A stretch of 39,486 nucleotides of DNA from Spirochaetales bacterium (lineage in GTDB: Bacteria; Spirochaetota; Spirochaetia; UBA9216). Position numbers and translations under genes: made by a program. Under the pieces are notes generated by a model that made no database searches, was not told where the DNA came from, and saw only the letters and a list, made by a program, of their open reading frames with translations. Shown piece after piece: positions 18,817-29,174 of this stretch (the first letter of the stretch is position 1; the number at the start of each line of letters is the position of its first letter). The stretch spans positions 1 through 39,486 of the forward strand of contig JAISRN010000063.1 in assembly GCA_031273605.1 (NCBI GenBank), read 5' to 3'.

Positions 18817-20703
18817 TCATTCTTCCGCCACAATATCCAGGGCCGTCTGCACATTCCCGAAGGGCGGGCTGATCTGTATCCCCGCCGGGCTGGCGTGGCG
18901 GCGAATTTGCTCCACAATCTGCCGGGCCAAACGCACCCCCTCCCGGCGGGCGGCTTCCTTATCGGTTTGGGCCTCCATCCTTTTCATTATTTCTTCGGGA
19001 ATCCTTACCCCCGGCACCTCATTGTTTAAAAAGACGGCGTTTTTGTAGGAAGCCAGGGGCCATACCCCCACAATTACCGGAACCTTAGCGGGGCTTATCT
19101 TTTCTAAAAAAAGCAAAAGAGCCTCAGCATCAAAAACAGGCTGGCTGATAAAAAATTGCGCCCCCGCCTGGGCTTTTTTAAAGGCCCGCTCGATTTCCTG
19201 CTCCGGCGTGGTAGAGCTGGGGTCTATCCCCGCCCCAAAAACAAAGCCGGTTTGGGCCGGAAGCAGGCTGCCCCCCGAATCAAGGCCCCGGTTCAGCCGG
19301 CCCGCCAAACTTAACAGGCCCACCGAATCCAGATCAAAAACCCCGGTGGCATCGGGATAACCGCCCAGCTTGGGCGGGTCCCCGGTAATAAAGAGGAGGT
19401 TTCTCAATCCCCCCGCCTGGGCGCCCAGCAGGTCCCCCTGAAGGGCCAGGAGATTCCGATCCCGGCCGCAGATATGGAGCAAGGTTTCCGTTCCCGTCTG
19501 CCGCTCAATTTCCATTGCCGTTACGAGCCCGGAAATTCGGGAAGAAGCCCTGGGCCCATCAGGAAGGTTAATAAAAGAAACGCCCCCCTCCTTTAGGCTT
19601 TGCGCCCGTTTAAGGGTGGGCCCTAAGTCCCAGCCGGAGGGGGGAACCAGCTCTACGATGGTTATCCACTCCCCCCGGGCAAGAGCCCGGCCCAGGGCGG
19701 AACATTCTTCCGGCGCCGGGGGCTGCTTTTCCCGGACCTCGGGCTTAAGGGGCTTTAATTCCGAAGTTTTGCGCCCGGCATCCAGGTTCAGCACCGCTTT
19801 GGCCATTGTGCGGATATGTTCGGCCCCGGTACCGCAGCAGCCGCCGATAATGTTGGCCCCTCCGTTTAAAAACCGCAGGGCATATTCAGAAAAGTAGGAA
19901 GGATCGACCATGTAAATTTGCCGCCCATCCACCTCCTTGGGGAACCCCGCATTAGGCTCCACGGCAAAGGGCTTGGTTACCCAGGGGCGGACAGCGGAAA
20001 GGATCTCAAGCATATCCGCCGGTCCTACCCCGCAGTTGCACCCCACCACATCCACCAGGGGCGATTTATCCAGGCGAAGGGCCTTGTCCAGGGCCTTGTT
20101 CAAAAAAGAAGCCTCGTATTCATCCAAGGCGCTTCCCGAGGTGATTCCGGAAGGGGGGGAAAGGCTAAAGTGGGCCTGAAGGGGAAGGGAGGCGGAAACT
20201 TCTCTCACCGCCTCCGCCGCCAAAAGACATTCGGTAACGCTCCGAAAGGTTTCTAAAAGGATCAGGTCCGGGCCGGCTTCGATTAGGGCTTCGGCCTGGG
20301 CAAGAAAGTAATTCCTGGCCTCCTCCGGGCTTAGCTTCCCCAGGGGGATGAGCCTTTCCCCCAGGGGGCCGATAGAGGCGGCCACGTAGGTTTCCGGCAG
20401 ACCGGCCTCAATCGCCGCCTGCCGGGCCAGCCTAACCCCGGCCTGGTTAATCTCCTCCATTTTGCCGTCAAGATAATGGGCGGCTAACTTAACGGGGCTT
20501 CCGGCAAAGGTATTGGTTGTTAGGGCCTGGGCCCCCGCTTCCAGGTTGGCCCGGTGAATATCCAGGACGATTTCGGGGTTGGTGATATTAATTTCTTCGT
20601 AGCAGCGGTTGACAAAAACTCCCCGGGCATAGATGGCTGTTCCTACCGCCGAATCAAAGAGAAGGACTCCTTTTTTTAGCCGTTCAAGATAGGGAATTTT
20701 CAT
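18817..20703 (-). CDS. Bifunctional homocysteine S-methyltransferase / methylenetetrahydrofolate reductase (YitJ-type)
   Basis: HMT domain (TTNTF, GCNCG, PNAGFP, IGGCCGT) fused to MTHFR domain (VELVPP, RDRN, ITGDPP, FISQPVFD). Confidence 0.9.
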   Translation of the reverse strand: MKIPYLERLKKGVLLFDSAVGTAIYARGVFVNRCYEEINITNPEIVLDIHRANLEAGAQALTTNTFAGSPVKLAAHYLDGKMEEINQAGVRLARQAAIEAGLPETYVAASIGPLGERLIPLGKLSPEEARNYFLAQAEALIEAGPDLILLETFRSVTECLLAAEAVREVSASLPLQAHFSLSPPSGITSGSALDEYEASFLNKALDKALRLDKSPLVDVVGCNCGVGPADMLEILSAVRPWVTKPFAVEPNAGFPKEVDGRQIYMVDPSYFSEYALRFLNGGANIIGGCCGTGAEHIRTMAKAVLNLDAGRKTSELKPLKPEVREKQPPAPEECSALGRALARGEWITIVELVPPSGWDLGPTLKRAQSLKEGGVSFINLPDGPRASSRISGLVTAMEIERQTGTETLLHICGRDRNLLALQGDLLGAQAGGLRNLLFITGDPPKLGGYPDATGVFDLDSVGLLSLAGRLNRGLDSGGSLLPAQTGFVFGAGIDPSSTTPEQEIERAFKKAQAGAQFFISQPVFDAEALLLFLEKISPAKVPVIVGVWPLASYKNAVFLNNEVPGVRIPEEIMKRMEAQTDKEAARREGVRLARQIVEQIRRHASPAGIQISPPFGNVQTALDIVAEE

Positions 20704-20737
20704 GGAATCTCCTTAAAGGCCGCCCCGGGAATGATTG

Positions 20738-21490
20738 TTAAAGCTCCCGGCTTAGGCGGATGGCTTCGGCCAGATCGAGCCGGCCTTCGTAGAGGGCCTT
20801 GCCGGTAATCGCTCCCCAAATTTTGCCCTCCCCGGCGGCGGAAGCCCGGGCAATCCGGCGGATGTCCTCCGGGGAGCCCACCCCCCCGGAAAGGATCACC
20901 GGAAGGGCGGCGGCCCGGGCAATGCGGAGGGTGGCTTCGATATCCGGCCCGGTCAAAGCGCCGTCCCGTTCAATATTGGTGTAGATGAGGCTTTCAAAAC
21001 CCATATCCGCCGCCTGCCGGGCCAGGTCTTCGTCTTGGATTGCCGAAGCCTCCTCCCAGCCCGCCACCCGGACCAGGCCATTCCGGGCGTCAATACCGGC
21101 GATAAAAACCCGGCCATAGCGGGCAATCCAGGATTCCACGGTTTGGGGTTCCTTAACCAAAAGGGTACCGATAATAAGACGGTCAATCCCCAGGCCAAGA
21201 AGTTCTTCCACATCCCCCTCAGTCCGGATTCCGCCGCCGGCTTCTATCACCACCCCGGGGTTCAGGCTTTTAACGGCCTCCCGAATTTTCCCCAGGGCCT
21301 GCCGATTGTTCAGCCCTCCCCTCCGGGCCGCCCCCAGGTCTACCAGGTGAAGGCGTTCCGCCCCCCAAAGCACGAATTGCCGGGCTGTCCCGGCCGGATC
21401 GCCTGAGTAAACCTGGGAGCGGTTATAATCCCCCTGGGTCAACCGGACGCACCGGCCGTCCAATAAATCAATGGCAGGAATGACGATCAA
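20738..21490 (-). CDS. hisA: ProFAR isomerase
   Basis: IPAIDLLDGRCVRLTQG, HLVDL, GGGIR, YTNIERDG, SGGV, GKALYEG. Confidence 0.95.
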   Translation of the reverse strand: MIVIPAIDLLDGRCVRLTQGDYNRSQVYSGDPAGTARQFVLWGAERLHLVDLGAARRGGLNNRQALGKIREAVKSLNPGVVIEAGGGIRTEGDVEELLGLGIDRLIIGTLLVKEPQTVESWIARYGRVFIAGIDARNGLVRVAGWEEASAIQDEDLARQAADMGFESLIYTNIERDGALTGPDIEATLRIARAAALPVILSGGVGSPEDIRRIARASAAGEGKIWGAITGKALYEGRLDLAEAIRLSREL

Positions 21491-21662
21491 ATCCTTTTCT
21501 CCAAACCCCGAAAGTCCGTATTTAGAGTCTATATCATAGTTCCCCTGGGAGGCTTTGTCAATTAATCGCTTTTTATCTGTGATTCATCATTTTTTTGCCG
21601 TCCTCTGCCGTAAAAAAGCCATTTCGGATATAATTTGAACAAAAGATTGCCAAGGAGCGCCC

Positions 21663-22883
21663 ATGCCCTCAACCAGCCGGAAAACCCAAAATTTTACCGA
21701 ATCGGTAATTCGGCGAATGACCCGGATTGCCAATGAACACGGAGCTATTAACCTGTCCCAGGGCTTTCCCGATTTTGATCCCCCCCGGGAACTCACCGCG
21801 GCCCTGGCAAACCTGGCCCCCGCCGGCCCTCACCAGTACGCCATTACCTGGGGGGCGGAGAATTTTCGCCTGGCCCTGGCCCGTAAGCAAAGCCGGCTGA
21901 TGGGTATCCCCGTGGATGGGGACAGGCACATCACCGTAACCTGCGGCGCCACCGAAGCGATGATGGCCGCCATGGTAAGCGTGATCAATCCCGGCGACCA
22001 GGTCATTGTTTTTTCCCCTTTTTACGAAAATTACGGCGCCGACGCCATTCTCTCCGGAGCCGAACCGTTGTATGTTCCCCTGCTGCCCCCGGACTTTGGC
22101 TTTGACCGGGCCGTTCTCAGGGCCGCCTTTGAGCGCCGTCCCAAGGCTCTGATTCTCTGCAACCCCAGCAATCCCTCGGGCAAAGTCTTTACCCGGGAAG
22201 AACTCCTCTACATCGCCTCCCTGGCGGAAGAATTTGATGCGTGGGTGATCACCGATGAGGTTTACGAACATATTGTCTATAAGCCCGCGGCCCATGTGTA
22301 CTTTGCCGCCCTGCCCGGCATGGCGGAACGGACCATCAGTTGTTCTTCCCTTTCTAAAACCTATTCCATTACCGGCTGGCGGCTGGGCTACACCATTGCC
22401 AACGAGGAGGTTACCGGGATTATCCGCAAAGTACATGATTTTCTTACGGTGGGCGCGGCGGCCCCCCTCCAGGAAGCGGCGGTAACCGCCCTTAACTTTC
22501 CCGGCAGCTATTATCAAGGGCTCTTGGATAGCTACACGAAAAAGCGGGACCTTTTTCTCCGCTGCCTGGACGAGGCAGGACTGTCTTACATTAAACCCCA
22601 GGGGGCCTATTACGTGCTGGTGGATGTGGGGGAATTTGATGGAAGCGACGATACCCGGTTTTGCGAGTGGCTGGTCCGGGAGGTTAAGGTGGCCGCGGTG
22701 CCCGGTTCCAGTTTTTTTAAAACCGGGGAAGATGGCGGCCGGATAAGCCGCCTTATCCGGTTTCACTTTGCCAAAAAAGAGGAAACTCTCCGCCTGGCAG
22801 GGGAGCGGCTGGGAAACCTGAAAAAAATCTGGGCCGCCAGGGGGTACGGGACGGAAAATGGGGACATTTCTATTGAACGCTGA
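21663..22883 (+). CDS. PLP-dependent aminotransferase class I/II (YbdL-like)
   Basis: INLSQGFPD, TCGATEA, NPSNPSG, DEVYEH, SLSKTYSITGWRLG. AAGGAG RBS. Confidence 0.93.
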   Translation: MPSTSRKTQNFTESVIRRMTRIANEHGAINLSQGFPDFDPPRELTAALANLAPAGPHQYAITWGAENFRLALARKQSRLMGIPVDGDRHITVTCGATEAMMAAMVSVINPGDQVIVFSPFYENYGADAILSGAEPLYVPLLPPDFGFDRAVLRAAFERRPKALILCNPSNPSGKVFTREELLYIASLAEEFDAWVITDEVYEHIVYKPAAHVYFAALPGMAERTISCSSLSKTYSITGWRLGYTIANEEVTGIIRKVHDFLTVGAAAPLQEAAVTALNFPGSYYQGLLDSYTKKRDLFLRCLDEAGLSYIKPQGAYYVLVDVGEFDGSDDTRFCEWLVREVKVAAVPGSSFFKTGEDGGRISRLIRFHFAKKEETLRLAGERLGNLKKIWAARGYGTENGDISIER

Positions 22884-22889
22884 CAAACG
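22862..22889. mobile_element. Orphan IS terminal-repeat-like sequence, copy 2
   Basis: GGACATTTCTATTGAACGCTGACAAACG. AACGCTGACA is tandemly duplicated over 22876-22895. Confidence 0.5.
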
Positions 22890-23012
22890 CTGACATCCAA
22901 AAATTTACAGATTGACCAATTAACTGCCGTACGAAATTTTTATAAGTCAAAACTATACTCTTTGCTGGAAACGGAAAACACCAAATTATGGCATTATGGG
23001 AAATAGATGATT

Positions 23013-23450
23013 TTATTTCCCATCATCAACAGACTCGCCTTGAATATCCGGCGGCGGAGGGTCCTGCCTTTTAATGTAGCCCGTGCAAAGCATGGCGGCG
23101 GTCAGGCTGCGATCCTCATCGTAAATGTTAACCTGATAAGTGCAGAGCCGTCGCTGGGTGGACACTTCTTTGGCCTCGGCGGTAATAATTTTCCCTCTGG
23201 GGCTTTTAATGAAGGACATGGAAACATTGATGCCCACTGTGGGCTGCCCCCCCGCATTGCAGGCGGCGGCAAAGGCGTAATCCCCCAGGGTAAAAAGAGC
23301 GCCCCCCTGAACCATGTCCACCCCGTTGAGGTGCTTGTCCTCCACCGCCATAGACGCCAGGGCGTAACCGGGATCAACCTTAATTAATTCAATTCCGGCC
23401 AACCGGGCAAACCGGTCATTTTGAATGTTTTTAACAAGATGAATATCCAT
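23013..23450 (-). CDS. PaaI-family hotdog thioesterase
   Basis: DRFARLAGI, HLNGVDMVQGGALFTLGD. Confidence 0.88.
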   Translation of the reverse strand: MDIHLVKNIQNDRFARLAGIELIKVDPGYALASMAVEDKHLNGVDMVQGGALFTLGDYAFAAACNAGGQPTVGINVSMSFIKSPRGKIITAEAKEVSTQRRLCTYQVNIYDEDRSLTAAMLCTGYIKRQDPPPPDIQGESVDDGK

Positions 23451-23460
23451 TTCCCGCCCC

Positions 23461-24588
23461 CTAGGGTTTTTCAGTAAGGCAGAGTTTACCGCCCCGGGTT
23501 ATGGGAATTCCCTCAGGGGATCCCGGGCCTAGGGCCGTTATGTCCGGGGAGAGGACCAGACCGTCAAGATGAATAAGGGAATCCCCGTCCCCGTCATAAT
23601 TTGTACCGATAGCAAAGTGGCAGGTTTCATAGACCTTTTCATCTTCCAGCATGTTGCCGGTAATCCGGCAGGCCGGGTTGGTGCCGATCCCCAGTTCCCC
23701 AAGGCCCCGGGCAAACCTCGCATAGGAGGCCCCCAGGCCGGGTTTAAGCCTGCCGTCCTTTTCAAAGGCGTACGCGTTATTTTCAGCCAGGGTAATTGTT
23801 TCCCTCAGGGCCTCCGCCTCCGCCCCGCCGGTAATTTCGGTGATAAAGCCCTTTTCGTAAACCACCCGGATAGGGGTTTGGATAACAATAACCCCCTGGT
23901 GGGCGCTTATGGAGCCGTCAAACACAATAACCCCTTCCGCGCTGCCCACCACCGGCGAAACAAAGGTTTCCCCCGCCGGAAGATTGCCTCCCGCGCCGGG
24001 CTGGGAAAAATCCCCGTCATCGCAAAGGGCCGTCCGGTTTTTAAGGCTAAAGGTAATATCCGTTCCGCCGGGGGAGGTTATCCGTACCGCCTCGGCGGGA
24101 TCAAGGATTTTTTTAATCCAGTGGCTTTCGGCCTTCATGCGCCGGTAATCCACGGGAATGGTCCGGATAAACATATCCCTGGTAGCCGAAGGCGACCAGA
24201 AGGAGCGCATTTTTTTGGTTTTTATCAGGTAATCAAAAGTATTGTTAACGGCTTTGCCGTTATGCTGAAACGGGTTGGCCATGGCAGCCCGGTCCTTGCC
24301 CATTTTTTCGGCGCTCATGGAAATACAGACCTCCGGCGCCGTGCCGATGGCTCCGATTACCGCTTCTTCGCAAAAAGAAAGCTGGTCTTTGATTTCCTGG
24401 CAGATTAGAACCGGCCGGCCCTGCTGCTCCAAAACCGCATGGTAAAGGCTTGCGGATATTTCCGCTACTTCAATTTCGGGGTTGGTAATGATTAAAACCC
24501 TTTCTCCGGGCTTAACCTGCAGCACATCCTGAACCGCCACCCTGGCGGCCTCGCAAAGGCGGGAATCCAGCTGATCCTTAGTTTTCAT
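23461..24588 (-). CDS. Aminopeptidase, M29 (aminopeptidase T-like) family
   Basis: GNLPAGETF, GELGIGTNP, LEDEK, HFAIG, HLD metal ligands. Confidence 0.85.
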   Translation of the reverse strand: MKTKDQLDSRLCEAARVAVQDVLQVKPGERVLIITNPEIEVAEISASLYHAVLEQQGRPVLICQEIKDQLSFCEEAVIGAIGTAPEVCISMSAEKMGKDRAAMANPFQHNGKAVNNTFDYLIKTKKMRSFWSPSATRDMFIRTIPVDYRRMKAESHWIKKILDPAEAVRITSPGGTDITFSLKNRTALCDDGDFSQPGAGGNLPAGETFVSPVVGSAEGVIVFDGSISAHQGVIVIQTPIRVVYEKGFITEITGGAEAEALRETITLAENNAYAFEKDGRLKPGLGASYARFARGLGELGIGTNPACRITGNMLEDEKVYETCHFAIGTNYDGDGDSLIHLDGLVLSPDITALGPGSPEGIPITRGGKLCLTEKP

Positions 24589-24706
24589 AGTAAAATCAGG
24601 TTAATGTTTTTTAAAAAAATTGACAAGGGTTAAAATGAAGAACCCCGGCGACAGAACCCCGGCCGGACGGTTGTCAAAGGGCGTTAAAAACAATAAGATA
24701 AACAGC

Positions 24707-25474
24707 ATGGTACGATCCCTTTTGTTTGGATTCTTTTTTTGGCTTTACACTATGTTTATATCTCTGGCTATCATACCCATAGGCCTTTGCCTGCTTTTCC
24801 GGCGGCCCCAGGCGGCGGACCGCATTTTTTCTAAATTGGTGGGCGCCTGGGGGCGGACGGTTTTTATCATGGCCGGAATTAAAGTTGAAGTCCGGGGGAA
24901 AGAAAAACTCCCCCCCCACGACAGGATCTGCTTTGTTTCCAACCATCAAAGCTATGGGGACATTCCTTTGATCCTGGGTTATCTGGGAAAAAAGACCGGC
25001 TTTATCGCCAAGCGGGAACTTTCCCGGGTTCCCATTCTCAGCTTTTGGATGAAACAGCTTCAATGTATTTTTATTAACCGGGGGCACGGCAACCAATCTA
25101 TCCGGCTCATTGCCGAAGGAATGAAAAAAATCTCCCAGGGGCGTCCCCTGGTAATTTTTCCCGAAGGCCACCGGTCAAAGGACGGCGTTATGAGGCACTT
25201 TAAATCCGGGGGCATTCACTTAGCGGCCAATGAAGATATTACCATTGTTCCCCTCACCATAGACGGAATGTTCCATGCTTATGAAGAAAAAAAACGGATA
25301 ACGCCGGGAACGGCAATTATCACAGTACACGATCCCATCGAAACTACCGGTTTAAGCCCGGAAAATCGCAGGGCTCTTACAAAGCAAATTCAAAATATTA
25401 TCTGTGAGGCTCTGCCGGAACAGTACCGCATAAAGGCAGAAAAACCCGCTGAACAGATCCGGGGAGAAGAATAG
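24707..25474 (+). CDS. plsC: 1-acyl-sn-glycerol-3-phosphate acyltransferase
   Basis: NHQSYGD, FIAKREL, FINR, IFPEGHRS. Start placed at ATG 24707, downstream of a TTGTCA-N17-TAAGAT promoter. Confidence 0.88.
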   Translation: MVRSLLFGFFFWLYTMFISLAIIPIGLCLLFRRPQAADRIFSKLVGAWGRTVFIMAGIKVEVRGKEKLPPHDRICFVSNHQSYGDIPLILGYLGKKTGFIAKRELSRVPILSFWMKQLQCIFINRGHGNQSIRLIAEGMKKISQGRPLVIFPEGHRSKDGVMRHFKSGGIHLAANEDITIVPLTIDGMFHAYEEKKRITPGTAIITVHDPIETTGLSPENRRALTKQIQNIICEALPEQYRIKAEKPAEQIRGEE

Positions 25475-25476
25475 CC

Positions 25477-26076
25477 ATGTTTATTGTGTGTCTGGATTTG
25501 GAAGGAGTTTTGGTTCCCGAAATTTGGATTAACGTTTCCCGGTTCACCGGGATTGACGAACTCAAACTCACCACCCGGGATATTCCGGATTATGATGAAC
25601 TGATGAAAAGGCGCCTTTCTCTTTTAAAAGAACATAATCTAACCCTTGCCGAAATTGCCGGGGTAATTAACCGGATGGACCCCCTGCCCGGCGCAGGGAA
25701 ATTTCTCTCTGCCTTAAGAGAAAAAACCCAGGTCATTATCCTGTCGGACACCTTTACCCAGTTTGCCGCCCCCCTGATGAAAAAACTCTCCTGGCCCACC
25801 CTTTTTTGCAATCAATTAATCGTTAATGACGAAGGCAGAATCGTAGACTACGTACTTAGGCAGGCTGAGGGAAAAGCCAAAGCCGTGGGGGCCTTTCAGT
25901 CTATGGGCTTTCAGGTTTTTGCCGCCGGGGATTCTTATAACGACCTGGGGATGATCCGCCGGGCGGAAAGGGGCGCCCTTTTCTGCGCGCCCCCGGCCAT
26001 TATCAAGGACAACCGGGATATTCCGGCGGTTCAGGATTACCCCCAGTTGGCCGCCCTTATCGATCAGGTCCTTTAA
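25477..26076 (+). CDS. thrH: Phosphoserine phosphatase / homoserine phosphotransferase
   Basis: CLDLEGVLVPEIW, TTRDIPDYD, ILSDTF, AAGDSYND. Confidence 0.93.
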   Translation: MFIVCLDLEGVLVPEIWINVSRFTGIDELKLTTRDIPDYDELMKRRLSLLKEHNLTLAEIAGVINRMDPLPGAGKFLSALREKTQVIILSDTFTQFAAPLMKKLSWPTLFCNQLIVNDEGRIVDYVLRQAEGKAKAVGAFQSMGFQVFAAGDSYNDLGMIRRAERGALFCAPPAIIKDNRDIPAVQDYPQLAALIDQVL

Positions 26077-26118
26077 AACGGTTCTCCGGAGCAGCTCCCG
26101 GAAGGGGGAAAAAGGCTA

Positions 26119-28245
26119 TTAATTTTGCCGGGACGGCGGGTCCGGGGGTTCCATGGCTGGGGGTTTTATGGCTTCCAGTTCTTTAAGCCATTCCGCCGGG
26201 GCCCCATCGGAGGGCATACGCCAGTCTCCCCGGGGAGACAGCGCCAGGGTTCCTACCTTGGGGCCGTCGGGCAGGCAGGACCGTTTAAACTGCTGAGAAA
26301 AAAACCGGGTGTAAAAAACCTTTAACCACTTAAGAATTGCTTCCGGGGCAAAGGTTTCCCCGGCATCTCCCGGGGCTTCCTTGTCCGCCTTCCGGGGAGC
26401 AAAGGCCAAACAAGCCAGAAAAAAAACCTTGGCGGGAGAAAATCCGCAGCGAATCCCGTTGTAAAGAAAAAAATCATGGAGCAGATAGGGCCCTATGAGG
26501 CTTTCGGTTTTCTGGGCAATTTCCCCTGCCTTGTCCGGCGGCAAAAGCTCAGGACTGATGGGAGTGTTGATAATGTCCCGGAGAACCCTGGCGGCCTCTG
26601 CCTGCCCCTCCTCCTCCAAACTGTCTCCGGCAAAGGCCACCAGGTACTTGACCAGAGTTTTGGGAACCCCCGCGTTGACGGAATACATGGACATATGATC
26701 GCCGTTGTAAGTACACCATCCCAAGGCCAGTTCGGAGAGGTCCCCGGTGCCCACCACCAGGCCCTTTATCATATTGGCGGTATTCATTAAGAGGGAAGTA
26801 CGGTAACGGGCCTGCACGTTTTCATAGGCGGCATCCCGGCTGTCTGCGGAGTGATTTAAGTCGGCAAGCTGTTTAAGGCAGGCTTCTTTAATATCCACCT
26901 GCCTTAAATCCACCCCCAGGGCGGCGGAAAGGGCCTGCACATTGGCCAAGGTTCGCCCGGTGGTGCCGAAACCGGGCATGGTAAGGCAGTGGATGTCCCG
27001 TCGGCTGCGGCCCAGCCCATCAAAGGCCCGGACACACACCAAAAGAGCCAGGGTGGAATCCAGCCCCCCCGAAAGCCCCAGGACGGCCCTGGAACAGCCC
27101 GAGGCCTTAAACCGGGCCGTCAAGCCTGCCGCCTGAATCGAAAGGATCTCCTCGCAGCGCCTCCTCCGGTCTTCACTGTTTTGAGGAACAAAGGGCCGGG
27201 GGTCCAGGGGCCGCAGGAGGGTCGTTTTTGCCCCAGGGGTTTTTTCTGTGGAAGGCTTTGCCGGCAAAACGGCTTTTCCGGAGACCTCCGGGGCGGCCAG
27301 GCCAAAATTAATTCGCCGCAGATTAAGCCGGGGGCCTTCTATCCCGGCCCCTTGGGAAAAACTTGAACTTCGGCTTCTTTCGTGGGCCAGGTAGGCCGGA
27401 TCCAGGTCCGCAATAACAAGCTCCGGCGTCCTCTGAAACCGCCTTGCCTGGGCCAGCAGCCGGCCGTTTTCCGCAATCAGGGCATCGCCGCCATAAACCA
27501 GATCCGTGGTGGATTCCCCTGCCCCTGCCGAAACATACAAATAAGCGGCGATACACCGGGCGCTTTGGCTTAACACCAGGTCTTTCCGGTATTGGGCCTT
27601 GCCTACCAGCTCGTTGGAGGCGGAAAGGTTAAAGATAACGCTGGCCCCTCCCAAGGCTAAATAGGAAGAGGGGGGCGCCGGGGCCCAAAGGTCCTCGCAG
27701 ATTTCCACCCCCAGAATGAAGGCCGGATCGCCCCGGTCATAAAAAAGCAGGTCCGTTCCAAAGGGAATGTCCCCGCCCCCCTGCCCCCAGGGAATTGAGG
27801 CAAAGTCCGGCCGGTTCCAAACCGCGGCGGCGGAGGTAAACCAGCGTTGTTCATAAAATTCCCCGGTGTTGGGCAGGTAGGTTTTGGGCACAAGGCCGAT
27901 GATCCGCCCCCCCCAAGCCAGGGCGGCGCAGTTAAAGAGGAGCCCCCGAGCCCTGACCGGAAGGCCGAATACCAGCAGCGGGTCCTCCGGTTTAAGCCCC
28001 GCGGCCAGGTCCAGAGCAGCCCGGCGGGCTTCTTCCAAAAGCCGTTCCTGATAAAAAAGGTCGCCGCAGGTGTAGGCGCAGAGAACTAATTCAGGAAAAA
28101 CCACCGCCCGGGCGCCTAAAGCCCCGGCCCGGCGGTATAAATCACCCACCGCCCGGAGGTTGGCCCCGACATCCCCGGGTTGGACCGGAGGAACCGCCCC
28201 GGCCGCCCGGACAAATCCCCATTCTTGCATGGTTTTAAACCTCAA
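26119..28245 (-). CDS. nadE: Glutamine-dependent NAD+ synthetase
   Basis: Nitrilase triad (FPEL, PKTYLP, EICEDLW) plus synthetase motifs SGGLDST, ENVQAR, QQFKRSCLPDGP. The start could instead be ATG 28230. Confidence 0.95.
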   Translation of the reverse strand: MRFKTMQEWGFVRAAGAVPPVQPGDVGANLRAVGDLYRRAGALGARAVVFPELVLCAYTCGDLFYQERLLEEARRAALDLAAGLKPEDPLLVFGLPVRARGLLFNCAALAWGGRIIGLVPKTYLPNTGEFYEQRWFTSAAAVWNRPDFASIPWGQGGGDIPFGTDLLFYDRGDPAFILGVEICEDLWAPAPPSSYLALGGASVIFNLSASNELVGKAQYRKDLVLSQSARCIAAYLYVSAGAGESTTDLVYGGDALIAENGRLLAQARRFQRTPELVIADLDPAYLAHERSRSSSFSQGAGIEGPRLNLRRINFGLAAPEVSGKAVLPAKPSTEKTPGAKTTLLRPLDPRPFVPQNSEDRRRRCEEILSIQAAGLTARFKASGCSRAVLGLSGGLDSTLALLVCVRAFDGLGRSRRDIHCLTMPGFGTTGRTLANVQALSAALGVDLRQVDIKEACLKQLADLNHSADSRDAAYENVQARYRTSLLMNTANMIKGLVVGTGDLSELALGWCTYNGDHMSMYSVNAGVPKTLVKYLVAFAGDSLEEEGQAEAARVLRDIINTPISPELLPPDKAGEIAQKTESLIGPYLLHDFFLYNGIRCGFSPAKVFFLACLAFAPRKADKEAPGDAGETFAPEAILKWLKVFYTRFFSQQFKRSCLPDGPKVGTLALSPRGDWRMPSDGAPAEWLKELEAIKPPAMEPPDPPSRQN

Positions 28246-28976
28246 CCCTGGCGGACAAAAACAGCCGTTTCAAGGATCAAGCGAAATTCCTCTTTTAGCC
28301 GGGGCGTAATGGGGCCCTCGTAGGAATCCAGAATAAAATTCACCGCCCGCCCGTTTACCACGGTGTAGTATTGCCGGGCATGGACCGTTTTTACCTGAGA
28401 AGAATCTTCGGCATCGGAGGCCGGCAGAGTCTGAACCAGGTCCAGCACAACCCAAACGACCGGGTCTCTCCTGGGGGCGTTTCTGTTTTCGCCCCTCGAT
28501 GCCGAAGCGCGGGAGGGAGAAGGTTCCCCGCCGGTGTAAAAAAAATCATCGGCCTGGGCCAGGATGCCTTTATCCGTGTAATTAGCAACCATGGTGTCCG
28601 CAATGGGGTATAACTCTTCCGCAGCAAAGCGGCTCAAACTGCCTATTTGCCGGTATTCCGGGCTTTCGCTCATGGTAAGTACGTATTCGTAGGATAAATC
28701 GGGGCTTATAACACTTAAATAATAACCGGCCGCCGCCATAACCAACCGGGCGTTATCCAGATTAATGCCTATCCGCTCAAATTCCTCCGGGCTGTGGGAA
28801 GTTTGATCCCAGGTAATCACATAGAAACCCTCGGGAAGGGAAAGGCTTAAGGGAAGCTGGGGGATGGTGTAGGAGCTGCCTTCCCTTTGAGCCGGAGTAT
28901 CGACTGTGGCGCAGGAGAAAAAGAGAGCCGCCGTTAAGCCCGATAGAAGAATTTGCAAAATGCGTCTTTCCGTCAT
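28242..28976 (-). CDS. Predicted lipoprotein of unknown function
   Basis: Signal ending LFFS-C (spirochaete-type lipobox). TTGCCA-N17-TATGAT promoter at 29011-29039. Confidence 0.75.
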   Translation of the reverse strand: MTERRILQILLSGLTAALFFSCATVDTPAQREGSSYTIPQLPLSLSLPEGFYVITWDQTSHSPEEFERIGINLDNARLVMAAAGYYLSVISPDLSYEYVLTMSESPEYRQIGSLSRFAAEELYPIADTMVANYTDKGILAQADDFFYTGGEPSPSRASASRGENRNAPRRDPVVWVVLDLVQTLPASDAEDSSQVKTVHARQYYTVVNGRAVNFILDSYEGPITPRLKEEFRLILETAVFVRQG

Positions 28977-29174
28977 ACCTGCTCCGCCTGCTTAAACCCG
29001 GATTTAATTTATCATACTCCCTAAGCCTGGGGCTGGCAAGAGTTTCGCCCCGGTTTTTATCCGGAGGGGAACCTTCGCTCACCGACGTTCCCTCGGCGGA
29101 GTGTTCCGGAGAAAAGACCGGCAATTTCTTATGATTCTTGTTGTTTTTTAAGCCAAAATTGACAATCTTTTAAT

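Noticed and set aside
21669-22886. 405-aa antisense ORF spanning the aminotransferase
   Set aside because: Codon-aligned shadow of a well-conserved gene, with no motifs or RBS. Similar shadows occur at 23569-24408 and 32242-33195, so it reflects codon bias.
7464-22889. Composite transposon bounded by the two IS-like ends
   Set aside because: The ends are in direct orientation, no transposase is present, and the interval contains core genes (rsmI, flgM, leuB, hisA).
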